A stretch of DNA of 63,273 nucleotides from a virus (IMGVR_UViG_3300008625_000012:1-63273), one strand, 5' to 3'. Positions 47,707-56,727 are shown, counted from the stretch's first letter. Numbers and translations: made by a program. The notes: a model not told the origin generated them from the letters alone.

Positions 47707-48445
47707 CGAGAACAAACTCTGCCGGAAGATACGACAAGGTCTTGTCCTGTATCTCGTTGGGCACGCCGAATATTGTCTCAGCAATACCTCCAGTGATACA
47801 GGCCACGGTGTCAGTGTCGCCACCGATAGAGACAGCATTGCGGATGGCGTCTTCAAAGCTCTCCGCTTCCAAGGCACAGGTGATGGCCTGTGGCACCGTT
47901 CCCTGACACGACACATCAAATTCGTAGTCAGGGCGTATCTCATCCACTGACCGTGAGAGGTCATAATCAAAGTTCTCTTCGATGTGCTGCCTGATGTCTT
48001 CAGGCGACGCACCGCAGCGAGCAAGCCATATAGCCACGGCTGTGGCCTGTGCCCCCTTGATGCCTTCAGGATGACTGTGGGTCACCTCCGCAGACCGCTT
48101 CGCTAGATCACGCACACCGTTTTCATCAGGGAGGTCAATGAAGCCAACCGGACTAACCCGCATGGCTGACCCGTTGCCCCAACTGTCGTAGGGCTTGCGC
48201 TCCCACTGCTGTGCCCAGTCGAGCATCATGGAGCCGTAACCCCTGTTGGGGAACCTGAGCGTGTACGTCCCGATGGCTGAAGCGAGGTCTTTGTCTTCGC
48301 TCAACAGCCAGTCTGCGATGGCGATGGTGTGGACTGTGTCGTCGGTGAACGTGCATTCTTCACCAAACAACTCGAAATCCTTGGTCTTGATATTGTTCCA
48401 TTCGTAGATGGAACCGATGATGTCTCCTGTGATTGCTCCAATCAT
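47633..48445 (-). CDS. ADP-ribosylglycohydrolase (DraG/ARH family)
   Basis: GAITGDIIG, FTDDT, GNGSAMRVSP, THSHPE, GGDTDT. Confidence 0.95.
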   Translation of the reverse strand: MIGAITGDIIGSIYEWNNIKTKDFELFGEECTFTDDTVHTIAIADWLLSEDKDLASAIGTYTLRFPNRGYGSMMLDWAQQWERKPYDSWGNGSAMRVSPVGFIDLPDENGVRDLAKRSAEVTHSHPEGIKGAQATAVAIWLARCGASPEDIRQHIEENFDYDLSRSVDEIRPDYEFDVSCQGTVPQAITCALEAESFEDAIRNAVSIGGDTDTVACITGGIAETIFGVPNEIQDKTLSYLPAEFVLVIEEFAAATSVQKILQPDVVSAAQ

Positions 48446-48461
48446 GATTTTTCTCCCTTTG

Positions 48462-48803
48462 TTAATCCCACGGCATTACGCCAACGTAATACAGCGGGGA
48501 GTTATGAGCGTGTGACGTCTTCTTTTTCATCTGACCTATGCGGCCAGTCTTCTGTAACAACCCTCTTCTTATTGCGGTGTTTATCAGAGCGCCCCAGACA
48601 TTCTGGTGATGTGGCTGACCAATCTTCGGGGCGATCATTCTCTGGATGTCTTCGCCGGTCACTTCAGCCTTGGTTGAAATATTGGCTATCTCTTCCAGCG
48701 CCAGCACCATCCACTCCCTGCTGTTATCGCCAACAATCTTGAGTTCTTCGTCGCGGGCGTTTCTGCTTTGCAGCACATCGAATATGTCCTGCTGCTCCTT
48801 CAT
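48462..48803 (-). CDS. hypothetical protein
   Basis: VTGEDI...PHHQNVWGA..A...G; coupled in the operon. Confidence 0.6.
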   Translation of the reverse strand: MKEQQDIFDVLQSRNARDEELKIVGDNSREWMVLALEEIANISTKAEVTGEDIQRMIAPKIGQPHHQNVWGALINTAIRRGLLQKTGRIGQMKKKTSHAHNSPLYYVGVMPWD

Positions 48804-49153
48804 CCAAGTAAGTCCCTCTTTATTCGCTGGGCAATATCCTCGCCCATTGTTCCACCCGTCGCCATCGTCAGTGTTAATCGAGAGTTCTTAGCCACACGGC
48901 TGCACGCGTCTTCCACTCCAGCAGCGTAGCTCCGATCATCAGTTTCCATATCATCCATCTTTGGTGGAGCCTCCGTCTGCTCCTGTGGAACAGAAAGCGC
49001 AGCCGCAACCGCAGCCCTAACGAAGCTGGCAGGGGACATTCTTTGGTCATTGGCAAACCTTTTCAGCGCGGTGATTGTTTCGACGGGGAAGACAACATTG
49101 TACGTCTGCGTCTCACCCTTCAGCTTTTGTGGTCGGTATTTCGACGGGGGCAT
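48800..49153 (-). CDS. ribbon-helix-helix DNA-binding protein
   Basis: YNVVFP.ETITALK.FA....MSPASFVRAAV. Confidence 0.6.
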   Translation of the reverse strand: MPPSKYRPQKLKGETQTYNVVFPVETITALKRFANDQRMSPASFVRAAVAAALSVPQEQTEAPPKMDDMETDDRSYAAGVEDACSRVAKNSRLTLTMATGGTMGEDIAQRIKRDLLG

Positions 49154-49346
49154 CTGCTATCCTCTCCTCTTGTCGGCGCATGTGATAAATCAGTTCGGTG
49201 AGCAACGTCTGTGCTGTTTCGCGGGTGATTGACAAGTCCATTACCTTGCCGTCAGTTCCTATGATCTTGGCGTGGCACACAAAGTCGGTGTTCTCTGAAT
49301 GAGACACGATAATAAACGGCTGGTCGCTTGGCGTCGTCACTCTCAT
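49113..49346 (-). CDS. hypothetical protein
   Basis: TAATG coupling with the upstream gene. Confidence 0.5.
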   Translation of the reverse strand: MRVTTPSDQPFIIVSHSENTDFVCHAKIIGTDGKVMDLSITRETAQTLLTELIYHMRRQEERIADAPVEIPTTKAEG

Positions 49347-49783
49347 TATTCAAGACCCGCGTTATACCGGTCACGCAGCTTGAGAAAATCTTCTCTGGCG
49401 GCGTGGTTCTCAGTGAGTTCGGTCCGGCTTCCAATGCCCAGAATAATGCACAACTGTCTGGCGCACTCTTCGTGGTCAACAACGAACGTGTCTGAACACT
49501 CGCTGATGAATGTTTGGAACTGTGGGTCACGGCACAGGATGCCAGCCTGTTGGATGGCCCTCTTACCAGCCTCCACCGCGTTGGGCGGGATGGGCTGTTC
49601 CTCATCATTCAACGCCACCATCGCCACACCGTAGCGGGTGCCGGTCCATGTCTCCCACAGAGGGGCAACCGCTTGCGTGTCTGATGGATGGACAACCAGC
49701 GTCACGATGGTCCCGTCTTTGCCCTGCTTGAGGGAAATCTTCTTCGCCTCAAAGCTGATGGACGCCTCTTTAACTTCAGTCAT
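49346..49783 (-). CDS. conserved phage protein
   Basis: AGILCRDPQFQ...LGIGSRTEL..N..A. Confidence 0.65.
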   Translation of the reverse strand: MTEVKEASISFEAKKISLKQGKDGTIVTLVVHPSDTQAVAPLWETWTGTRYGVAMVALNDEEQPIPPNAVEAGKRAIQQAGILCRDPQFQTFISECSDTFVVDHEECARQLCIILGIGSRTELTENHAAREDFLKLRDRYNAGLE

Positions 49784-50052
49784 TGCGGGTACTCCTTCAT
49801 ATACCTGTCAAGATCGCGGTCATACCCTTGCTCTGTTTCCCCAGCGAGGCCACATCGCCCAAGATCGGGGTTCCCCTCGTTGGAGGTTCTAAAGTCCCAC
49901 CGCCACATCATGCACTCAGCCGCAAGGCATGGAATAAAGTTTATTTTGCCGTCTTCGTGCCACCGATTGTACGAAGAGGTTTCGGCGGCAGTCGCTCCAT
50001 TAACGTGACGCGCCATTGGACACCACCTCTTCTTTGCTTCGTCTTCAGTCAT
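49780..50052 (-). CDS. Cys-rich phage protein
   Basis: MTEDEAKKRWCPMAR...CLAAECMMWRW...GRCGLAG. Confidence 0.7.
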   Translation of the reverse strand: MTEDEAKKRWCPMARHVNGATAAETSSYNRWHEDGKINFIPCLAAECMMWRWDFRTSNEGNPDLGRCGLAGETEQGYDRDLDRYMKEYPQ

Positions 50053-50392
50053 CTGTTTCCTCCCCGGCCAGCGCCTTCATCCTGTCAGCGCACTCCTTGA
50101 TAAAACCTTGGTAGCGGTGGTTCTCAACGACGGGAACGCCGTTCTTATCCACCATCCCTGCCCGGTCACGGCAGAGCGCGTTGTAAACCTCAATTATTGC
50201 CAGACCGGTGTCGTTGATCTCGCCGTTCGCAGGGAGAAACAACTGAAGCCCATCTTCCTCAGTGAGGACCAGCGCAACGTCATTGGCATCCAGCGAAGTC
50301 GTGCTGTGCATCACGCTATCCGGCCCCGGTCTCAAAACAGTGTAAGCGTCGAGGAAATCTCCGAAGAGGGCATCGACGTATTTGTTTTCCAT
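50045..50392 (-). CDS. hypothetical protein
   Basis: coupled ORF. Confidence 0.55.
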   Translation of the reverse strand: MENKYVDALFGDFLDAYTVLRPGPDSVMHSTTSLDANDVALVLTEEDGLQLFLPANGEINDTGLAIIEVYNALCRDRAGMVDKNGVPVVENHRYQGFIKECADRMKALAGEETDD

Positions 50393-50613
50393 CAGTTCGG
50401 TCTCCCGTCAGTTGGCGTTGCGGCGGCGATAATCGTCGCCTTGATATTCTTTACGTCTTCAGCCAGCGCGTCTTGCCAGCCAAACATCCAGAACCACATA
50501 TCGCCGTCAACATTGTTCCGCAAATACGGATTGGACGTTAATGGAAACCCCTGCTCGTAGGCGTTGTGGCCTTCATGATATTCTTTCGTCACATATTTTT
50601 TGTGCTCGACCAT
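50392..50613 (-). CDS. Rmf/CrpP-like small protein
   Basis: YHEGHNAY..G.....NPY......W..GWQDA. Confidence 0.6.
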   Translation of the reverse strand: MVEHKKYVTKEYHEGHNAYEQGFPLTSNPYLRNNVDGDMWFWMFGWQDALAEDVKNIKATIIAAATPTDGRPN

Positions 50614-50876
50614 TCCTTAAATTCTCTCTCCGACCACTCCACCGGGTCCACCGCATGTCTTTCCCAGAACCGATACTCGTTGCCACCGGCGTGGAGTTCC
50701 ATGTGATGGGGATGGCAGAGCGGCACGGCGTGCTTGTCACCCGATCTCAACTTCCCTCCCCGCCCACCGACTATCATCAGATGATGAGCTTCGGCGGGGT
50801 GTCTGCAAACCAGACACGGCAGGGAGCGGATGTGGTTGAGATATGCTAGAAGGGCACCTCGCCGCCTTCGTCCCAC
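50589..50876 (-). CDS. DUF968-like HNH/Zn-finger protein
   Basis: YL..IRSLPCLVC...EAHH...D..AVPLC..HH.ELH; start uncertain. Confidence 0.7.
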   Translation of the reverse strand: MGRRRRGALLAYLNHIRSLPCLVCRHPAEAHHLMIVGGRGGKLRSGDKHAVPLCHPHHMELHAGGNEYRFWERHAVDPVEWSEREFKEWSSTKNM

Positions 50877-51190
50877 GGGTCAGAGTTCCCCTGCGGGGCT
50901 GGGGCATCGAAGTCACCGCCTCCACCGCCTTGATTGTTCTTGGCCTTCCAGTCGGCCTGTTCCTTCTCATGGACAGACCACTCAGTCAGGGCCAACGAAA
51001 GAAACGGACCCTTGCGGCCCTCACGGCGGAATGCCGCCACCTTCATCTTCACATCCTTGTTGGCCTGAACGGCCTCAACCAACAGCCGCATGTCGTTCTT
51101 GGTGATGGTAATATCACCTTGGTAAACAGGAGCCTTGGGGTTCTGGCTCTCAACCTTAAACATTGCCCCACCTGATCTGTCGTATGCCAT
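50846..51190 (-). CDS. single-stranded DNA-binding protein
   Basis: GAMFK...P.Y.G.I, FLSL, G-rich linker and acidic DEGGEVPF tail; next to ERF. Confidence 0.7.
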   Translation of the reverse strand: MAYDRSGGAMFKVESQNPKAPVYQGDITITKNDMRLLVEAVQANKDVKMKVAAFRREGRKGPFLSLALTEWSVHEKEQADWKAKNNQGGGGGDFDAPAPQGNSDPWDEGGEVPF

Positions 51191-51191
51191 T

Positions 51192-52052
51192 TTATTTCCC
51201 TTTCGTTGAAACGGCGGTTTGGTGTTCCTTAAACATGGCAACGAGATTTTCGTGCAGCTTCGGGTCGCCACCCTTCAGGAGTTCAATGGCCTTGATGTTC
51301 TTCGACCAGAAGGCCCGTGTGTCTTTGACGTTTTTGCAGTGCGGGATAAACTTCTCAAAGACGGTGTAGATGAGTTCCCAGTTCGCCACGTCCGGGTCTT
51401 TGATCTCCCGCAGTGTGACGGTCCCATCCTTATCTTTCTCAACGTAGTCGTCGGCGTCGAAGTCAGCCCCATTGCCCGGTTTAGGGGGTTCCTCACCTAC
51501 CGGAGGGGGTGTGACTTCAGCCTCTGCCGCGCTCTCAGCGGCCTGTTTTTCGGCCTTTTCGAGGTTCTTCGGCGGCTCCACCTTCTCAGGGGTCTCGCCG
51601 GTTCCGAAGTCCTGATCTGCTGCGTCGGCATCTTTCTCGCCGGTCACCACCTTAAACGCTTTCCGCATGAACAGCTTCTCAGCGTAGCTGGCAGCCGACC
51701 CCGATGTCTGGGCACCCTGTAGTGGGTGGTAGATACTGATACGGTCATACACGGGGACCACTTCGCCAGTTCCATGAAACATGGAAAACACGTAATCGAA
51801 TTTGATGGCCTGTTTGTTGTGCCCGACATCCACGATCTCAGAACTGACCTCTTTGCAGAACCACGACAGGTCGTTTGCCGTCGCCACCTGCGCCACGATC
51901 TCGTAATATTTATCGATGGACACGTAGGCGTAGTTCTGAAACTCGTTGGTGCCTTCCTTCCCCAGCACACCAAGAGACTTCTGCACTGCCAATACTGCTA
52001 GGGCAATGCTCTCCGGTATGTTGGCGTCACTGATAATAACTTCGTCGGTCAT
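51192..52052 (-). CDS. erf: ERF-family ssDNA annealing protein
   Basis: KEGTNEFQNYAY.S.D, QTSGSAASYAEK, EKDAD. Confidence 0.8.
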   Translation of the reverse strand: MTDEVIISDANIPESIALAVLAVQKSLGVLGKEGTNEFQNYAYVSIDKYYEIVAQVATANDLSWFCKEVSSEIVDVGHNKQAIKFDYVFSMFHGTGEVVPVYDRISIYHPLQGAQTSGSAASYAEKLFMRKAFKVVTGEKDADAADQDFGTGETPEKVEPPKNLEKAEKQAAESAAEAEVTPPPVGEEPPKPGNGADFDADDYVEKDKDGTVTLREIKDPDVANWELIYTVFEKFIPHCKNVKDTRAFWSKNIKAIELLKGGDPKLHENLVAMFKEHQTAVSTKGK

Positions 52053-52184
52053 TCTTTTTCTCCTTCAAGATGGTCGCCTATTGCTGCGAGAGCGTGAGCG
52101 ATGTCTATAAAAACTAATCTTCGGCACAGTTTTCCGAAATTATCTTCCTTGTCCAGCCAGACGATATAGCCGTTTTCAGCATGT

Positions 52185-53096
52185 TCAATCCTTGCCTTTC
52201 TCATCCCACTTCTCCTTTTCTTTCTGCCACTGGCCGCACCACGGGGCTACCCCGCACCAGTTTCCTGAACATCGCGCCGGTGCCTTTTGGCGCAGGACAA
52301 CTTCATAGTCGTCCGGGTTTTTCATCTTTTTAAGCGCGGCCTGAGCCTTCTTCTCCGTATCCTCCACCTTTGCGGCACGCTGACCGCCCTTCTTCATGAC
52401 CGCGTATGTGCCGGGATACAGCCACCGATCTCTGTCGGTGCATAGGGGGAGGTCTTCTCCCCACTCCTGAGCGCGGCGTGCATCCTGATGAGCCGCCACC
52501 CGGCCCTCAATAAACTCCCTTTGTTCGTCTTCTGTCCATAGTGGGATGTCCACTGGGACCGATGAGGCTGGGGGATAATTCTCCTGCTTACCGACAAGCC
52601 CCTGCGTAAAATCCTTCACAAATATCACCACCTGAAGCTCATCAACGTAGAGGTCTTGGCATGTTCTTAAGAGGTAGGCGTAGCAGTTCAACTGCTCTTC
52701 CCAGTCGAGGAAATCGCCCTTCTGATATTTGTAAGCCTTGGTGAATTTGTAGTCTGTGATGGAAACCATGTTCCCCTTACGGACCACGTCTATTCCACCT
52801 TTGACTTTCCACCCAGCCACGTCAATAATGAGATTGAGTTCGGCTATATGTTCCTGATCTGCTCCTTCTTCCATAATTTTATGGATGACGGTTCCAAGAA
52901 TTGCCCACAACCGATCAGAAACATCCTCTTCGATCTCATGAAAATGTTTCTTTCTGAGGATGGATATGCGCGGTGATTTAATGATCTCAGTGACGGACAT
53001 GTCAGCTTCCCCACGCGTTTCAGCGTACTCAGCGCGCTGCTTCTCGTAGAGATTTATGAGCGTCTGAGGCAGGTCGTATTTGTTTGTGAGTTTCAT
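52185..53096 (-). CDS. Cas4-like PD-(D/E)XK exonuclease
   Basis: MKLTNKYDLP, SVT.I..PR, GT.IH, G.ID, TDYK, QLNCYAYL, C-terminal Cys cluster. Confidence 0.8.
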   Translation of the reverse strand: MKLTNKYDLPQTLINLYEKQRAEYAETRGEADMSVTEIIKSPRISILRKKHFHEIEEDVSDRLWAILGTVIHKIMEEGADQEHIAELNLIIDVAGWKVKGGIDVVRKGNMVSITDYKFTKAYKYQKGDFLDWEEQLNCYAYLLRTCQDLYVDELQVVIFVKDFTQGLVGKQENYPPASSVPVDIPLWTEDEQREFIEGRVAAHQDARRAQEWGEDLPLCTDRDRWLYPGTYAVMKKGGQRAAKVEDTEKKAQAALKKMKNPDDYEVVLRQKAPARCSGNWCGVAPWCGQWQKEKEKWDEKGKD

Positions 53097-53118
53097 TCTT
53101 CCCCCTTCTCCAGTGCCA

Positions 53119-53140
53119 GAACACACATAGAATATACACT
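53119..53140. promoter_or_regulatory. divergent intergenic site with GAAC-N7-GAAT box and -10-like TACACT
   Basis: GAAC 53119-53122, GAAT 53130-53133, TACACT 53135-53140. Confidence 0.45.
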
Positions 53141-53152
53141 AAAGGAACTGAT

Positions 53153-53545
53153 ATGGCAATAAGAAAATTCGACCCTTCAAAAAAACCCATCGCTCACTTC
53201 TCTGCCATTGGCGAGCCAGCATCTAAGTCCAATCAACGTCGGCTTGTTGCCATCAGGGGGAGAACGCGGTTTATTAAATCCAAGAAGGCGCTGGACTTTG
53301 TTCGTGCTTTCGTCGCCCAATGTCCTACTTTTGACCCACTGCCAGAGGACGATCTCATTATTGCCATCGAAATCCATTACGCATCGCGCCGTCCCGATCT
53401 GGATGAAAGCATCATCTTGGATGCGATGCAAGGCATGGTCTACAAGAACGACAGGCAGATTAAGGAGAAACACATCTACTGGGCACTGGACCGGGAAAAT
53501 CCGCGTGTGGAAATCAAAATATGGAGTTTAGAGAAATCTTCTTGA
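53153..53545 (+). CDS. rusA: RusA-like Holliday junction resolvase
   Basis: GEPASKSN, RRPDLD...ILDAMQG.VYKNDRQI, NPRVEI. Confidence 0.88.
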   Translation: MAIRKFDPSKKPIAHFSAIGEPASKSNQRRLVAIRGRTRFIKSKKALDFVRAFVAQCPTFDPLPEDDLIIAIEIHYASRRPDLDESIILDAMQGMVYKNDRQIKEKHIYWALDRENPRVEIKIWSLEKSS

Positions 53546-53571
53546 CGACTGAAAAGCACAAGGTCTAGTAT
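53542..53571 (+). promoter_or_regulatory. promoter for the primase-helicase leader
   Basis: TTGACG 53542-53547, 18-nt spacer, TAGTAT 53566-53571. Confidence 0.5.
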
Positions 53572-53582
53572 CAGCGTTCGCC

Positions 53583-53617
53583 AAAAAGAAACGGCCCCGT
53601 GTTAGCGGGACCGTTTC
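53583..53617 (-). terminator. Rho-independent terminator on the minus strand
   Basis: GAAACGGTCCCG...CGGGGCCGTTTC TTTTT; the one C/A mismatch on + is a G-U pair on -. Confidence 0.7.
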
Positions 53618-53680
53618 GGGGGGGATAATCTAGCCCTCTGGCAAAGGCCAACCAACAACACCCTGCGAGAATGTGTCGAT
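53583..53680 (-). ncRNA. candidate ~100-nt antisense RNA
   Basis: minus-strand promoter TTGACG(53715-53710)-17-TAGGGT(53692-53687); minus-strand terminator stem 53588-53617 plus T run. Confidence 0.5.
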
Positions 53681-53811
53681 GCCGAAACCCTACATACCAA
53701 AGAACATTCCGTCAACAAAAAAAGCACCGATCTGTGCATATTTTGTTCATGGAACAGACGTGCTACTTTTGTGCGTCATTGCCGGTTGGCATGGGTTTTG
53801 CAGTTTATACT

Positions 53812-53956
53812 CTTTGCTACAAACACGCTGCTACAACTACGTCTTTGTAGCGAAGCGTCTTTGTAGCAAAGCTCCAATTAATATACCGTTTGATACGATG
53901 GAGAAGCGTTTACGTTTCTCCATCGTATACGTTTCTCCAACGTGTACTACGTTGGA
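53812..53956. repeat. three consecutive long inverted repeats before the primase-helicase
   Basis: 53812-53871 (~60-nt hairpin), 53893-53928, 53936-53956. Confidence 0.75.
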
Positions 53957-53967
53957 AGGGGGAATTT

Positions 53968-55767
53968 ATGGCTGACGCAAAAAAGGATTTCATACGCGCT
54001 GCGGCGATTTCACTGAACAGCGAACAGGGCCGTGTGAAATGCCCGTATTGTTCTCATGAAAGAAAGAACAAACATGATACCTCACTGAGCATCTCAGTGG
54101 ACGGCAAGGGTGCGACGTTTAATTGCTGGCATTGCAGTGAGACTGGGCATGTTTGGCTAGATGAGGCGGTGGTGGTAAATCCGCTGAAGGAAGCCAAGCC
54201 CGTCAAGATCGTGGCAGGGGAGTTGTCGGAGGTATCGCAGAGGTTTCTCAGGCATCGTGGCATAAACATTGACACGGCAATAGGCTTGGGCCTGTTCAGC
54301 GGGATGCGCTACTCCCGCAAAGAGCAGGGCGAGGTGGAGGCAATCGGTTTTCCGTACCGCAACGCCGACAGCGTTTACGCAGTGAAATATCGCTGCATCG
54401 AACCAAAGGATTTTTCATGGGAAGGTTCGCCATCAAGCCTCTGGGGGATAGAGCGCGTCGAGCTGGAGAGTTTCGATGGGTCGGCGCTGCCGGTGATTAT
54501 CTGTGAGGGAGAGATAGACGCGCTGACGCTCAACGACTGCGGCGTGATGAACGCCACGTCAGTTCCAAACGGCGCACCGGGGAAGGTGAAGGAGGGAAAG
54601 ATAAATCCCAAGCTGGATAAGGCGTTTGCGTACTTATGGGAGGCGCGGGACACACTGGCTGCGGCAGAAAAAATCATCATATGCGCTGACGCTGATGAAC
54701 CGGGTGAGGCTCTGGCCGAAGAGATTGCGCGTCGTGTTGGGAGAGCGAAGTGCTGGCGGGTTGAATATCCCGAAGACTGCAAAGACATCAACGATGTGCT
54801 GATGAAGCATGGTCGTGATGAGGTCGCCTTGGTCATCGACAGAGCGACACCTTGGCCTGTTGCTGGGTTATTTCAAGCGGAACATTATCGTGAACGCGTC
54901 GAGGAACTTTACCTCTCTGGCCCCGGCAAAGGCGAGACTACAGGGTTCGTGGACGTGGATGATATTTATACGATTGCGGGTGGCTTTGTCAGCATCGTCA
55001 CTGGCATCCCCGGCTCTGGCAAGTCAGAGTTTGTAGATCAGATCATGGTCAACATGGCAAAACTTCTGGGATGGAAGTTCGCCGTGTGTTCATTTGAGAA
55101 CCCGCCAGACTTTCACATTCCAAAGTTGGTCGAGAAATACTTAGAGAAGCCCTTCTTCTCAGGCCCCACACCAAGGATGAGCAACACCGAAAGGGATGAT
55201 GGGTTCGGCTGGGTGAATGACCACTTCGCGTTTATGGACCACGCTGACGGCGAGCCAGCCACCATCGATAATATTCTGGAGCGAGCATCGGCGGCGGTTT
55301 TACGGCTGGGCGTCAGGGGGCTGGTGATTGACCCGTTCAACTACATTGAGATTGATGATAGAGATAACACTGAGACCAATCTCATATCTGACATGCTGAC
55401 CAAGCTGCGGTTTTTTGCCGTCAGTCACGACGTCCATGTTTGGTTTGTTGCCCATCCACGTATTCTAAGATCAGACGGCGGTAGCGGTATTCCAATTCCC
55501 AAGGGCTATGATATTTCAGGCTCGGCTGCTTGGTTCTCCAAGGCTGACTTCGGTGTGACGCTGGCCCGCCCGTGGATGCATTCGCCTATTGTGGCTGATG
55601 ATTTTGGCAACAAGGCGCACCTGATGCAGAAAGACGATAGCGTTGAAGTCCACGTTTGGAAGTGCCGGTTTAAGTGGTTGGGCACGGTAGGCACGGCCAA
55701 GCTACAATATTGTCCGGCCAATGGTTGTTACAGTCAGCACGTTGACTGGGATGACGTCACCATATGA
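53968..55767 (+). CDS. primase-helicase (T7 gp4/Twinkle-like)
   Basis: CPYC...CWHC Zn finger, ICEGEIDAL and DADEPG TOPRIM, KDIND, TGIPGSGKS Walker A, VIDP Walker B, VAHP, YDISGS. Confidence 0.92.
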   Translation: MADAKKDFIRAAAISLNSEQGRVKCPYCSHERKNKHDTSLSISVDGKGATFNCWHCSETGHVWLDEAVVVNPLKEAKPVKIVAGELSEVSQRFLRHRGINIDTAIGLGLFSGMRYSRKEQGEVEAIGFPYRNADSVYAVKYRCIEPKDFSWEGSPSSLWGIERVELESFDGSALPVIICEGEIDALTLNDCGVMNATSVPNGAPGKVKEGKINPKLDKAFAYLWEARDTLAAAEKIIICADADEPGEALAEEIARRVGRAKCWRVEYPEDCKDINDVLMKHGRDEVALVIDRATPWPVAGLFQAEHYRERVEELYLSGPGKGETTGFVDVDDIYTIAGGFVSIVTGIPGSGKSEFVDQIMVNMAKLLGWKFAVCSFENPPDFHIPKLVEKYLEKPFFSGPTPRMSNTERDDGFGWVNDHFAFMDHADGEPATIDNILERASAAVLRLGVRGLVIDPFNYIEIDDRDNTETNLISDMLTKLRFFAVSHDVHVWFVAHPRILRSDGGSGIPIPKGYDISGSAAWFSKADFGVTLARPWMHSPIVADDFGNKAHLMQKDDSVEVHVWKCRFKWLGTVGTAKLQYCPANGCYSQHVDWDDVTI

Positions 55768-56483
55768 CGCATCCGTTTGAAGTCTTCGGCGGAAAATTAT
55801 CCGATAGCCTGCTTGTGGCGGATGGGTTTGCGTTGGACGCCAAAGAAATATCAGAAAAAATTATCTCGCTCAGGGATGAGTGGACAGACCGGGGCCATTT
55901 CTGGACGCTTGGAACGTCGGCCTATATAGGTGGCACGCACGACGGCGTGATGGACATCCTGAGAAAAAACGAGATGCTTCTTGAGAATTTCAAAGACGTT
56001 CTGCTGAAGGCGTTTCAGATCATAGGCGTCGCGGCCAAGTCCAATGTTCATCCATTAATCGGCGCAGGGCTTCCCGGCTTCCACATAGTAAGCAACCGGG
56101 CCAACGGTAAGTCAGGAATGTTTCATGTGGACATCCCGTACCAGAATGTAAAATGGCCGGGGCCGTTCGTGCGCCCCTTCACTTTCACGACGCTACTTGC
56201 TGCCCCACAGGTCGGCGCTGGCCTATGGTACTGGGATGACATGGGTATCGAAGAGGGTGCGGAGATCATCGAAGCCACGCGCAATGATACGGGCACGGCA
56301 GAGACCCCTGAAGAGGGTCGCGCCTTGTTGGAGTACGAGATCGGGAAGACCTACATACATTCAGGTCGGTTCCCTCATGCGATTGCGGATATGGGGGAGA
56401 TGGAAGAAGATGAATACAGGATTACCTTGCAGGGCCACGGGGCTTTTCTTCCAGAAGAAGATCGCATTGCTGTATATTTTTGA
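55764..56483 (+). CDS. 2OG-Fe(II) oxygenase-like protein
   Basis: PGFHI, HVD (HxD), G.GL, PHAI, RITLQGHG. Confidence 0.7.
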   Translation: MTHPFEVFGGKLSDSLLVADGFALDAKEISEKIISLRDEWTDRGHFWTLGTSAYIGGTHDGVMDILRKNEMLLENFKDVLLKAFQIIGVAAKSNVHPLIGAGLPGFHIVSNRANGKSGMFHVDIPYQNVKWPGPFVRPFTFTTLLAAPQVGAGLWYWDDMGIEEGAEIIEATRNDTGTAETPEEGRALLEYEIGKTYIHSGRFPHAIADMGEMEEDEYRITLQGHGAFLPEEDRIAVYF

Positions 56484-56646
56484 TGCAGCTTTCCAGCACA
56501 TCCAGACGACGCTCAATGTCAAGGCGTCTCTTTTCGGAGAATGCAGCACCACCTGCTGACATGACGGCGGGCACAGCAGCGCAACTCCCAAGGCCAACGG
56601 CCATGAGGATTACGAGCAGCAAAAAGACGGCTATGAAATTCTGCAT
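56422..56646 (-). CDS. small lipoprotein
   Basis: hydrophobic signal peptide with LGSC lipobox. Confidence 0.55.
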   Translation of the reverse strand: MQNFIAVFLLLVILMAVGLGSCAAVPAVMSAGGAAFSEKRRLDIERRLDVLESCIKNIQQCDLLLEEKPRGPAR

Positions 56647-56727
56647 GGCGCACCATAACAGATTAAGTATTGGCTAGAAAATAATAAAGGGGGGTATGCC
56701 GGTGAACACCGGACTTGACTGAAATCG

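Noticed and set aside
52185-53096. Cas4-like gene as evidence of a CRISPR system
   Set aside because: It sits with ERF and SSB as an ordinary phage recombination exonuclease
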